Of a stretch of DNA of 64,000 nucleotides, positions 39,098-55,070 are shown one piece after another. The notes below the pieces were generated by a model. That model saw only the letters and a program-made list of their open reading frames with translations, had not been told where the DNA came from and made no database searches. The position numbers were made by a program, and so were the translations under genes. The stretch lies in assembly GCA_009914755.4 (NCBI GenBank), contig CP068257.2:43360001-43424000 (forward strand), written 5' to 3'. The stretch is from the human T2T-CHM13v2.0 reference genome, Homo sapiens. Positions within the stretch are counted from its first letter, which is position 1; every line of letters begins with the position of its first letter.

Positions 39098-39974
39098 TGT
39101 CTATGCAAGGAGCCTGTAAGCTTCTGAAAAATGATGATTTAGAGCTGAGAATTCTATACCCAGCTAAACAGTCCATCAAAACTGACAGTGAAGTTGAAAC
39201 AGATTCAGACGTGCAAGAACTCAGAACATGCACTTCCTGGGTTAAAAAAAATTTTTTTTTGAGATAGGGTCTTGCCCTGTTTCCCAGGCTGGAATTTGGA
39301 AATTGGCTTGGATGTAATTGCAGATGGGCCAGGATTGCTCGAGTCATCATTGCCCTTTTGTCTTCCTGGAAAGCACCCGCCAGCAGTACGAAGGAGAAAC
39401 ACATATACAGACTCCCTCATCCAGAAACCGAGAAACTGGGAATTGCCCAGGCCTCCAGGTGGTGGGGAGGAAGGGCAGGAGGGAGAGACTAACACAGAGA
39501 GAGAGGGTCCCATAGGGGTATTTCTCAAGGGTGGGGCCATTGAGGGGGAAGAGTGGGGAGGCTGCAAACAAGGACCCACATGCAGTGGCCATGGCTCTGA
39601 GTCAGGGAAGAAGTGCCAGAGGAGAAATGGACACACAGGAGTGGCCAGGATCGTTTTTTAAGGAGGTGCATCTGAAACATGTTATGAAGCCTCCTTATCG
39701 AAGCAGCTCGGGAGGCTGGATGAAGACAGTAGTTGGGGCAACAGAGCAAATGGTGCAGACGCTGCCCAGATCCACACGGAGCCCCGTCTGTGCTCCAGGG
39801 GGAATGAGTGGTGGGCTGGGCACCTGGAGAAAACCGTTGGTTGACTTTATTCATTGTCGTACAGCAGGGTGGATTCCAGTGATTCATGTAGGTAATAGTT
39901 AAAAATAACTTCTCAAAGGCGTTCTCTAAGAATGGGAATGTTCTTTAAAACTTTAGCTGGGAAAGTCTTTTTAG

Positions 39975-40139
39975 TTTTTTTTTTTTTAATTTTTAAATTT
40001 AAAGTTAGAAATGGTGGGCCGGTGGGGGAGGGTCTCACCATCTTGCCCAGGCTGGTCTTGAGCTCCTAGGCTGAAGCGATTCTCCCACCTCTAACTCCTA
40101 AAGTGCTGGGCTTACAGGCGTGAGCCACCATGCCTGGCC
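39975..40139 (-). mobile_element. Partial Alu (left-arm / FLAM-like), antisense
   Basis: Poly-T ...gggtctcaccatcttgcccaggctggtcttgagctcctaggctgaagcgattctcccacctctaactcctaaagtgctgggcttacaggcgtgagccaccatgcctggcc. A TSD aaagtcttttta is present at 39962-39973 and 40144-40155. Confidence 0.75.
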
Positions 40140-40705
40140 AGAAAAAGTCTTTTTAAACAGTGATGTGAAACGCAGAAGCTCTGAGAGGCTAATAAATTTG
40201 ACTACAGAAAAATAAAACAGTTTCTGCAAAAGCTGTTGGAACTGTATTCAGGAGACAAACTAAGGTGGGCACCTCATCTCACAGGCAAGAGCCTGGCTCC
40301 CCTCATGTAGAAAGAGCTCCTGGAACTCAGGAAGGAAAAGCGACCAATGGGAAGAGGGAGAAAGACAATGACAGGGACACATCTGCCCCATGGAAGACAT
40401 CGACATCCCCCAACACAGAACCCTGGACCTCGAGTGTGGCCTTCTAAGGGTCTTTGCTGCAGAGCCCACCAGATGTGCCTGTGAGGCTGGCTGGAAACCG
40501 CCAAATGCCCAGGGCCAGCACCCAAGAAAAGAGGGAAGAGACGCGTGCACACAGTTCCCCTGGGAAGACAGACAAAATCCTGAAACTATGACGGCCTGCA
40601 GCATGCAGATGCTGGCGGCGGGGGTAGGGAAACCCCCAAGCTTTTTGTTTGTGAACCTGTGTAAAGGTATTATCTACTTTAAAATTCATTTCTTAAAAAG
40701 AAATA

Positions 40706-41037
<332 letters not shown>

Positions 41038-41228
41038 TTAGAGAGAGACCTGGGCACCCCGGGAAGTGGAACTGAGGCAGATGGGACACAGGATGAGGAC
41101 TGCTTTCAATTTTCTGTACTTTTATTTTTATAGTTTGAGTGTTTGTGATTACTTTTATTCCTTAAAATCTCATTTTGGCTCTTATGTTTGTAATTTTGTA
41201 ATTTAAAAAAGTAAATGGGGTAGAACTA

Positions 41229-41750
<522 letters not shown>

Positions 41751-44271
41751 AAAAAAGAACAGTATCTGAAATATATTTCTGATTAATAGAGGAACTGAAA
41801 ATAAGGGCTAACATTTAAAAATTCCTGAGACTGAGGAGGGGAAGGAGGAGTGAGTGGTGTAAAAATGCCAACATTTTATTATTCATAGTGGAGAGGCCAA
41901 AGTGAGGAGGGAAAAGCATTTACAATTTACCAAAAGGAAAAAAAGGAAAGAAAATGAATACCTGCTTATTTTAAAATTATTGCTACTGTTTAAAATCACA
42001 GGTATTTTTTTAATTTAAAAAAGGATAAAATAAAAAAGGGAGACCAGGCCCATGTGGGGGCCTCACAGGCAGCCTCTTCCCAGCAACACAATTGCACCCT
42101 GCACCCCAGCCATCTAGGGGCACCTGGCAAGCTGTGGAGCAGCCCTAGGACTGGCGGGTGGGCAGAGGGTCCGTTGTTATCAGGGGCTGGGGGAAGCCCC
42201 CAGGGGTGCCTGTGCCCCTGAAGGGTTCATGGGGCCTTGGTGACTGGGAAGGGACCTTCTGTGCCCCAGGATGGTCCACCTCATGCAGGAGCCCTGTAGC
42301 CCTGGGTGTGCTGGGGGCAGTGTCCTGGGGGCCTGGGGGGTCCCTGGGCGATGCTGGGCTCTGCACAGGGAAGGCCATGAGTGGGGGATGCTCTTGGGGG
42401 ATGATGGGAGGACACTCTGTGGGGTTCTCTTGAGAGGGGTGCTCCCAGAGACGCTCCTGGGGGCATCTGGAGGTTGCTCCCGCTGGGAGTTCCTGGAGTG
42501 CCCCTGAGGGCCCCCTTAGGCCAAGGTCAGGCACAGGCATGGGGCTATGGCTACAGGCAGGAGAGAGGGTGGCGGGGGGGCCACCGTCCTCTGTGGACCC
42601 TTCAGTGCCAGCCATGCTGCTGCTGCTGCTGTGGGGTGAGGCCCACCAGGGTTGACAGCAGGGCACTGAGTCCCCTCCAGGCAATGCACATCCTTCCCTT
42701 CAGCTCACTGCTCTGTTTGCCGGGCAGGTCACCTGTTGACCTCTCCGGCTGCAGGCCCGCCTGTCCCTGGGCACTGTCCCCTTCTGTGTGGAGTTCCCCT
42801 GGCCCCCTGTCCTGGACCCATGGCCCCTACCTGGTGCCTGTGAGGGCACCTGATAGGCCAGGGCCCAGGGATGACTCCCCTCCACCCCGCAGCATCAGGA
42901 CCCTTCAGGGCTGCCACCTCCTGGGAGCCCTCTGTCCTTCGCAGAAGGAGCCCAAGGCCCATGTGCTGCTGGGGATAGGCTCCCCAGGGTCCCTTCAAGG
43001 TGGTGGGGGAGGCTGGCTTGGGGGACCTGCCCCAGCAGCTCCACCTTTACCAGATGTATATGTTGGGGTAAGATTTTGTTTGAGAAAAAAAAGAGTTTTT
43101 ATGGCTAAATGTTAAAAGGGTGAACGTGCTGAAGCCGGAGGGGTGGAGAGCAGGACACGGGCTGACCTCGGGGTGGGAGGCCGGCGCTTCCAGGAACCGC
43201 CTGAGCTGTGAGGGCACACAGGCAGGCTGAGGGCCGGCTGAGCCACCTGGGCACCAGTGGCCAGGCCTGGGTGCTGAGGAGTCCCTTGCTTCTGCTTCAC
43301 GGGGCGTCTAGAAAGTGCATCTGAGGCTGGCGTCCCGCGCCAGCACGGGGGTCTCTCTCCTCCTGGATGTCTGCGTGGTGATGAAGGTGGAAACAGCCCC
43401 CAGGGCAGCTCCTGTTACTTTAAGGCCCTACACATGTTCATTTGCAGCCTGAGGTTTTCTGTCTAAATTCACATTTTGCAGTTTCACTGAGTTACTTTCA
43501 TTCATTTTTACATTTACATACAGCAGTGATCTCCATGCCTGCCACTTTCGAGGCTTCTCCAAGGGCTTTGTTATTTTGTTCTCAGAGAAATCAAAAACAG
43601 CAGAGACACAAATGTTGAAAAGTTTCATTTTCTGGTCTTCTCTGAGTGCCCGCCCCCCCACCAACCCCCCAGGGTTTCTGGGAAGAAGAAGAAAAAAATG
43701 ACAGAATTATTCGTGATTGGGAAATCACTTGGCTGTGGCGGGTGTGGAAGCTCCCCAGTGTCCGGAGCTCCCTGTGTGGAAAGTTTTGTGGTGTGTGTGC
43801 CGTGCCCTTTCTGGAGGGTTACACAACCCAGGACGGACGCGGTGGGGGCACAGAGGGAATGACACTCCCTTCCCAAACACTCAGAAGACAGAAGAAGACG
43901 GGAGCCGGTGCAGCCCAGGCTCCCTGCCCTGCCGAGACCTGACCGTGCCTGGCCAGCCCCTGCCCCAGCCCCAAGGGACTCCCACGAGGACACCAGATCC
44001 TCCGGGGGTGGAGGAGCCCTGCGGTGCCTGTGCGGAGGGGCCTGAGGCTGGAGGAGGCCTAGAGGGCTGATCCTGCCTTTGCCCCACCATTCTGATGTTT
44101 TGTTCGATGTGGACGTTTTGCATTCACTTAGATTCTGCAAAATCTTGCGTTAAAATATGACTTATCTTGATTCCTGAATTTTTCCATGCCTTTTGTACCT
44201 GAGGGGACTGTCACACTCACCTAAGCCCTACCCAGGCCCTAGTGGGTCAGAAGGCGGGAGTACAGTATCTC

Positions 44272-45014
44272 TGTGTGTGTGTGCATATGTGTAGTGTGTG
44301 GTGTGCTTGTGTGTGTTTATGTGGCATGTTGTATGTATGTGTGGTGTGCATGTGTCTGTGGGTGTGTGTGTGCGTTTGTCATATGGGTGTGTACGTGGTG
44401 TGTGTGTGTGCTGTGGGGACGTATGGTGTGTGTGTAACGTGTGTGGTTTATATGTGTGTGATTTATATATGTGTGTATGTGTGTAATGTGTGTGGTTTAT
44501 ACGTGTGTGATTTACGTATGTGTGGGGTGTGTGGTTTATATGTGTGTGTATGATGTGTGTAGTTTATATATGTGTGTATGTGTGTGATGTGTGTGGTTTA
44601 TATGTGTGTGTGGTGTGTATGCGTGATGTGTGTATGTAGTGTGTGTAATGTGTGTGTAGTGTGTGTGGGGTGTGTGTGTAGTGTGTGTTGTGTGTGTGTG
44701 GTGTATGTGTGTGGTGTGTGTGTGTGATGTGTGTGTAATGTGTGTGGTGTATGTGTGTGGTGTGTGTGTGATGTGTGTATGTAGTGTGTAATGTGTGTGT
44801 AGTGTGTGGGGGGGTGTGTAGTGTGTGTTGTGTGTGTGGTGTGTGTGTGGTGTGTGTGTGAGATGTGTGTGTGTACTGTGTGTAATGTGTGTGTAGTGTG
44901 TGTGTGGTGTGTGTGTGGTGTGTCTGTAGTGTGTGTTGTGTGTGTGTGGTGTGTGTGTGGTGTGTGTGTGGTGTGTCTGTAGTGTGTGTTGTGTGTGTGT
45001 GGTGTGTGTGTGGT
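44272..45014. repeat. GT-rich degenerate micro/minisatellite tract, about 740 bp ((TG)n with interspersed gtgtggt/gtgtagt/gtgtaat units)
   Basis: Continuous gtgtgtgtgcatatgtgtagtgtgtggtgtgc...ggtgtgtgtgtggtgtgtgtgtggtgtgtctgtagtgtgtgttgtgtgtgtgtggtg. Alternating purine-pyrimidine sequence, so Z-DNA prone. Confidence 0.9.
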
Positions 45015-45872
45015 GGCTACAGCCTGGCTGAAGGTTGGAGTGTGAGAAGGCGGTGTAGGAGAAGCCATGTGAGTTCTGCCTGCTTCCGCATTGCCCTCAG
45101 CGCAGGGTCCTGGCCTTGGGAGTCCCAGCACAGTCCCTCTGGGTGTGGAGACAAACGGGTGGGCTTGCTTGGCTCCAGGTATCTGCCGGCCCTCCCCATC
45201 CCACCCCCCAGGGCTACAGAGTGGGGACAACCTGTGGGTGCTCCCCGAGGCTGCCCAAGGGCAGCCTGGAGGAGGGGAAGGCCCCGCTCCAGGTGGCCAC
45301 AAACGCAGGTCTGAGGCTCTTGCACAAACCCCACAGCGCACACAGGTAACACATCACGGCATGCACGAGTCACACAAACACGGCCGCAATGCTGGGCACT
45401 GCAGGGCGGGGCATGCCGATGGGGCTGCACTGGGTGGGTGTGAAGCATCAGGCCTGGGCTGGCGGCTGTGGCTGTGCTGTGGGACATCGCTTTCTTGGGG
45501 GATGCATGTTGAGAGTGTGAGAGGGAGTGTCCTGATGTCTGCACCTTACTTTAAGTGGCTCGGCAAAAAAACCTAAAGCGCATGTGTGTGTGTGTTTATA
45601 GACAGAGAGCAAAATATACAAAGGTGTTTAAAATGGGTGAATCTGGGTGCAGGGCACACAGCTGTTCATTGTACTATTTGCTCAACTTTCCTGTGAGCTT
45701 GAAATTTTTCAAAGTAGAAAATTTAGTTTTAAGAAATCCATAAACGAGGCTATATTTTTATTTATGTGATTCTAATACCCTAATTTTAAAAAAGAAAAGA
45801 AAGTTTCCATTCCCGACTGAAAAATACCTGTGGATGAAGAGGCATGAAGACACCCCCTTCCTCCAGGGCCCG

Positions 45873-46056
45873 ATGTGAGCGGGGCGGGCAGGATGTCCTC
45901 TCTCCCTCTGAGACCTGGGGGAACAGGGCGGGCAGGACGTCCCTTCTCCCTTCGAGACCTGGGGGAACGGGGCGGGCAGGACGTCCCTTCTCCCTTCGAG
46001 ACCTGGGGGAACGGGGCGGGCAGGACGTCCCTTCTCCCTCCGAGACCTGGGGGCCC
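45873..46056. repeat. 44-bp tandem repeat, about 4.2 copies (gagacctgggggaacggggcgggcaggacgtcccttctcccttc)
   Basis: The motif gagacct recurs at exact 44-bp spacing (45910, 45954, 45998, 46042). The copies are near identical. Confidence 0.9.
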
Positions 46057-46439
46057 AGCTGCATGGCTTCTCAGCTGCGCTTTCTGTCCAGGACCTGGGC
46101 ACCTTTGTGTTTCCTCCAACAGAACACTTTGGACTGGCCAGGAGTCTGGGAGGCAGGTTTCCAAGAGCAGGGACAACATGGACTTCAGCAAAGTCCAGCG
46201 GCCCCCAGGCGGCATCAATACCCAACCCCCTACACCCAAGCACATCCGTCAATGGTCAGAAAACCAAAAGACAAGCAGAAACCAGGACGGCCGCCCGAAG
46301 AACGGGGTGCCCTGGGCCACCACTCTAATAACCAGCTACAAGGAACGGAGGCCCGGAGATGGTGCAAAACATCTTGAAGAGACTACAAGAATAAAAACAA
46401 CCTGCCATCCCATAATTCTATGCCTATCCTTCCAGAAAT

Positions 46440-47089
46440 AAAGCTATTTTCAGATCAAAGAAAATGGACAGAATTTGTTCACAGTAGAGCTTCATGACGT
46501 AAAATGCTAGGGAAACTGCAGGCTGAAGGGAGAAGACGCCGAGCAGGAGATGGGCCTTCTGGGAGGATGGAAGAGCAGTGAGAACACCAAGAGGTGGGGG
46601 AGGTTAGCATAACAGACAATTTTCCTCCTCGTCCCAAGCCTTTTGAAAATAAAAATGATAACATTGCACTGAAGTGCTGTTTACACGTGTCGATACAGTA
46701 CACACAGTGCAGTAGGCAGAGGGGTGAATTGGCTTATAGGCAGGCCAAGGTCTCACGTTTTCCAAAAGTGGCACGATATTGGCTCTGCGTAGACCATGGG
46801 GTGAAGTGTGCGTGCAGTGAAACCTGGAGTGACCCTGACCGCTGATACAAGCAATGGTGTGGACGCTGCTTGCAGACACGCCGAGCACCCAAGAGTGCAT
46901 TCGGGGTGATTCCATTTATATGATGTTTCAAACAGGAAACGTTCATCTAAGGTGAAATATTCAGAACAGTGGTTTCTTCTGGGCATAGGATTGACTGGGG
47001 AGTGACGTGAGGGACCTTTCTAGGGAGATAATAATGTCCCATGTCATGAAAGGGTTTGTGAGTTATAGCATGTGTCCATTTGTCAAAAT

Positions 47090-47090
<1 letters not shown>
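46440..47090 (+). mobile_element. Old L1 3'-end fragments (+), unusually CpG-enriched
   Basis: gtgattccatttatatgatgtttcaaacaggaaa...cagtggtttcttctgggcataggattgactggggag... parallels the L1M 3'UTR (tatgattccatttatatga...cagtggttgccaggggctgggg...gattgactg). Many CpGs (acgccgagc, cacgtgtcgatac, gacgctgc). Confidence 0.45.
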
Positions 47091-49486
<2,396 letters not shown>

Positions 49487-50074
49487 CTAAGCATGGTGGC
49501 TGGGTGGTGGATACATGCAAGTGTCATGTGTATTTCTGTGTACTCGTATATTTTGATATCTTTCATAACAAAGACCTTTCTTTATAAAAGCAATTGAAGA
49601 GAAAATGCTCAAAAGGGAAGACCATCAAAAGAGATTAAATATGTGCATGACTGAATATCATGTCAGTTGTAAAGAGAAAAGCCAGTCTGGCTCAGATTTC
49701 TTTACAATGACAATGGTACTAGAGGGTCGTGGAGCATCCTAGGAGATCCTTAGTGAAAGACAGTGTGAACACCAGTATTATAACCAGCTAAACTGTCACA
49801 GACATGGAAGGCAACTGACAAACATTTCAGACATGCAAAACTCAGTGACATTATTCCTATGGGATAGAGGATAAACTGTAGCCAACTAAGAAATGAATTT
49901 TAAAACATTATTGGAAGCACTAGCAGTAAGTTTTGAATCTAACTATAGGACTAAGGCTAGAATAAATGTGTCTGGAAGAATTTATAAGAATGTAAAGTGA
50001 TAAATTTCTGAGCATAGAGAAATCATAAAGCTAACCACGGTTTGGAGTGAAAGGCAGAAAGTAGGTGGGGAGAA

Positions 50075-50429
<355 letters not shown>

Positions 50430-53400
50430 TTATTTAAAATTGGTGAAGCAAGTTAACTTCACAGTGACAGGTAAGAACTAAGAAGGGTGAGGGTGACTGA
50501 GGAGCGGCGGAGGCTGGGTTCCCATATCACTCCCCCAGCTCCGCTCACGATGGGGCTCAGTAAATAGGAGAATAAAACAGCATCAAACTCAGAAAACGAT
50601 CGTTTAAATTTTGTAACCAAAATAAACATATCCAAAGTTGTTCTCAAAATAGTAGGTATTTGTTTTACACAAAACGTGATGACAGTAAGAAATATTGCCA
50701 GTATAGACATCATCCCTTCCAGGCTGGTCTTTTTAATTTTGTATCCAAAAGCTACAGTGGTAAGACAGGGTAGCCAGAAACCATAGCAAAAAGCCACTTC
50801 CATTTAGTGATTGCATAATCATATTATCAGAAGAGCTCAGTAAAATAGAATTTTAGAGTTGCTTTTATGTCTTCGTTAAAAATGTTTCTTAGGCCAATGT
50901 GAGGTTGAGTGGTCAACTTAAGATTTTTCTGTGGAATACATTTCAACATTTTTTAAGTCCTAAGTCTGAGAAACTGGCTGTCTGCTACACGAAAACCAAG
51001 ATGCGATGTTCTCAGATCTGGTTGTGGTCTCCAGGCACTCCACTATCTAAAGAAAGTAACCCCCTAAAATATCCCATCTCTAGACCATATATTCATTTGC
51101 TGAGAAGTCATTTGCAAGGGAATTTCCATATTCAATAGCCGCAGTTTAAAAACTTATTTGGGGTTTTCCATACTAAACATATATTGGGTGAAAAGTATTA
51201 TCAACTAATAAAGTAATTATCATGCTTGCAAGCTAAATTTACCACCTTCTGATTAGGATTTCGCATCTAATGTCCTTCAAAGCAACTCAGATGAGGGGGA
51301 TGCTTTCTTCTTCCTTCGAATCCTCTCCAGTTCTAGATGTTAAGGACCATGAGGCAGATGGTTCCCCTACCTCGCCCCCATCCAGTCCGTTTCTAGGAAG
51401 TATCATGACCAACTGGGCAGGATTTGGACACGTTCTGCAGAGAATGCCAGACACCAGCCCATCTGGTGAACATTAGTCTGCAGACTTCTTGGTCAAGGTA
51501 ATGTTCGCATTGTTTGGGCACAAAATGAAAACACAGCATTTGATTTCACAAGAACTTAGAAAAATAAGCATGGTCAGAGCAAGTTGTACGAGGATCAAAA
51601 CATTTAAAAAATAGAAAAAACACATTGGAAGAAAAAGAGGAAATTTTGTTTAAAAAAATTAAAAGCCATTCAAAGATACACCATGTCGGCTACAAAAGAT
51701 CTCTTTGGAAAATAAATCTTTAATTCAACTTTTTTTTTTTACATTATTTACATTAATTTTGGTTGAAAAGAACCACGTAGATCAATACTTTTCAGTCATT
51801 TGTGAGTCTAAAGTTATGTTTCTCTGTATGCTCATAAAATAATTATACTACCTACATTTGTCATTGAAAGAAAAGATGGTTGATAAATGCCAGATTTGTG
51901 GGTCTCAGAATTTCCTTGTTTCCAGATTTCTAAGGCAGTTAAAGTGACCTGCTGTGTCCATAGGAGAGCACCTCTCGTGAATGTATGCCTTATGTCTTTG
52001 CCAAATTCAACCTTTTCTTACTCATTTTTATTCTAGGAAACATTCTCAAGTGTCAAAATAGTCAACTGTTAACTATGAACACAGGTCGATGCTGCTCTCT
52101 GCTTTCGACACGTGTCCCTTCTCTTGTTCCTGGGCACGCCTTGATCCATCCAGGCTCTGCTGCAGCTGGGTGGGCCCTGGCTGGGCTCCAGCCAGTGGAC
52201 CGTGAGCAGGAGGAATGCTCCCCCTGCTTCCAGAGAGGCTCACAGCCTCTCCCCGCCTGGGCCAGGGAGCAGCCCCGGTGACCTCAAATTCACCTGTGAA
52301 GGAAGATGGCGAAGGCTCCCTCAGCCTGGGCCCCTTGGTGCCACATGGGGAGAGACTCCCCCCACCCAAACCTCCCATGTCCCCAAGCTCCGCTTCACCA
52401 CCCAGGCCCTGCTTGTCCTGCTCTCACCAAAAATGAACACACTTCTCTTACACTTGGGCCGTGACACATGTTCGTATCTATCTGTCATAACGGTGGCCTC
52501 CCTAAACCACTCAGTAAGTTACAGGACTTCCTTTCATTCCTGTATCCTGAAATTTCACTAACATTTCTGCCTTTTCTGTTCACCTCATGATACTCACTTC
52601 TGTTTTGTAACCAGAACTACTTTAGAAAGGCCCTTCCCAGACGCGGAATTCTTGTATGGTTTTTGTTCCCAACACCATGTCATTCGAGTTGTTTTCGCAG
52701 CAGCGATGGATTTATGTGGCTTTGCTAAGCCTCAGCTCATACTTGCCATGTTTTGTATCCATCTTGGGATCTGGACAAGAATCTGGAAAGGGGGCGTCTG
52801 TGCCAGAGTTCCCATCTGACCTACTGCTGTGGTTCCAGAACATTCCGTCCCCAGGATGTCCCAGCCCATGGCAGGTGCTCAGCGGGGGCTTGTGTGACCA
52901 GCTCAGACTCCAGTTCGATGTACTCAGAGGCTCCTCCAGTGCAGGAGCTGGCGAGGCCCCCTCCTCAGGGACATTCTGCTTTGCTCTTCAGCAGAGCTCG
53001 GCAGGGGACGGGGCGGGAGCCAGGCTGCAGACCCAGCTCCCAGTGGGCAGAGGTCGAGGAAATGGCACACAGACTGCTCACACTGTTTTACACTTTGCTA
53101 TAGGTTACTCATATTCATTGTAGAAAAATATAAACAAGAAAAATAAGCAAAAAGAAGAAAAAGCCACTCGTAGCCCCATCACACAGGTGATGACTCATGC
53201 CTGTACCTACGTGGACAGACCAAACTACGCACGCACGTTGTGCTGTGCACATCTGACCCCGTGACACGCGAGGCACTGTGCACGTTTTTTTCATGTAACA
53301 ATTATATCATTAGCAGTTCTTAAGGTCAGGAAGTGAAGAGCTGGATCATTTTAATACTGCGTAGAATGCCATGGTTTGAATAAACACGTCATTGAGTAAT

Positions 53401-54782
53401 ACTGTAGTGTTGGCCATTTAGGTTGTCCAGATCTCAGCTATTATAAAAAGGCTGTGAATCTATCTGGGGGCGTATCCCTTATTATCTCCACAGGATAAAT
53501 TTTAAGACATTGCACACATTTTTAAGATTTCTGACAGGCATCGTCAGGGCATCCTGCGGGAGTGAGTGACCGGCCCCACGTCCTCCAGCGTCCCCCACCC
53601 CGGGCATAGCTTTCTTTTTAGTATTTGCTAATCCAATAATGAAACATGGCATCTTGTTATCTTTTTAAATTTGCAGTTTTATTTGTGATGTTAATCTCTG
53701 GCTCTTGAACCAGTCAAGGTGTTAACCCTTTGTGCGCTGCATATGCCTTTGGTTTGTAGCTTGCTTGTTGTTACTGTTTTGTTTCTGTTGGTTTTTCTTC
53801 TTGTTCTGATTCCTTCCTGTACCCTCAGGAATGACGTGAGGGTACCTGGGACTCTGACTGTGACATGCTTTCCACACGCATCTCTGTAAACATTGGGTCC
53901 TTACTCTGGACATTGTGTGAGATGAAGCCCCCACGGTAGGGCCGGAGGGAGCACGAGAGCGATCGTCAGAAGCCAAGCCGACTTGGGGGAGACCAGCTAC
54001 CCTCTGCATGTGAGGGGCAGTGGGCCTGTGGCTCGAGTGTGCCTGCTGGTGCAGCAGGGACAGGCTGGAACCACCAGTGTGGCCCCCGACCGCTGCGTGG
54101 CCATGGGAGGGGCACCACCTCTTGGCTCACAGACCTGCTCGCCCATGAGTGCAGCTGTGACCGTGCCAGCCTCCTGGGGTTGCTGAGGATCAAATGAGAA
54201 CATGCAGGTAGAGTGCTTACAGCAGCGCCTGGCATGCAGTGAGCCCAATTCAAATGCTTCTGTGGTAGAATTTGATCTTAATTTTATAAAGCCCTCTGGT
54301 TGTTTCATTACCTACAATCACAGGTTAATAGTTTATAAGTGCTTCTTAAAATTTTCCAAGTCATGGGGTCCAAACAGGCCACACTAGACACAGCTGGCAC
54401 CTGAGAGCGTCCCTGGGGTTTATGTTCTGAGAAGCCGCTGCTCCCAGGCGAGGCCTGCACCGGGGATTGTGAGTGGAACAGGAGCCGGGCATTCAGAGAG
54501 GCCCTGAGGACTTGGCCACCACCAGCCGTGGCAGGAAATGGTTGGCAAGGACAGTGTCCTAAGAAAGGAAAACCTAGAAGGAAAATTGGACCCTCCAGAG
54601 ACTGCCCATTCGATGAAGAAATGTCCTTCAGACGCCAGCTTGGCCCTGCAGCCAGCACAGGAACAGACCGGAGCCTGAAGCAGCCGCCATGTAACCAGAT
54701 AGGGCTGTGTCCAGGAACTCCAGTGCAACCGTGGCCCTTGGCTGAGGTAAGCACAGGCATCTTTAAAAGCCATTAGGTTGCA

Positions 54783-55070
<288 letters not shown>

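Noticed and set aside
42614-42630. (CTG)5 run (gctgctgctgctgctg)
   Set aside because: Too short to be a meaningful trinucleotide-repeat locus. The surrounding 213-aa ORF is GC-rich artefact.
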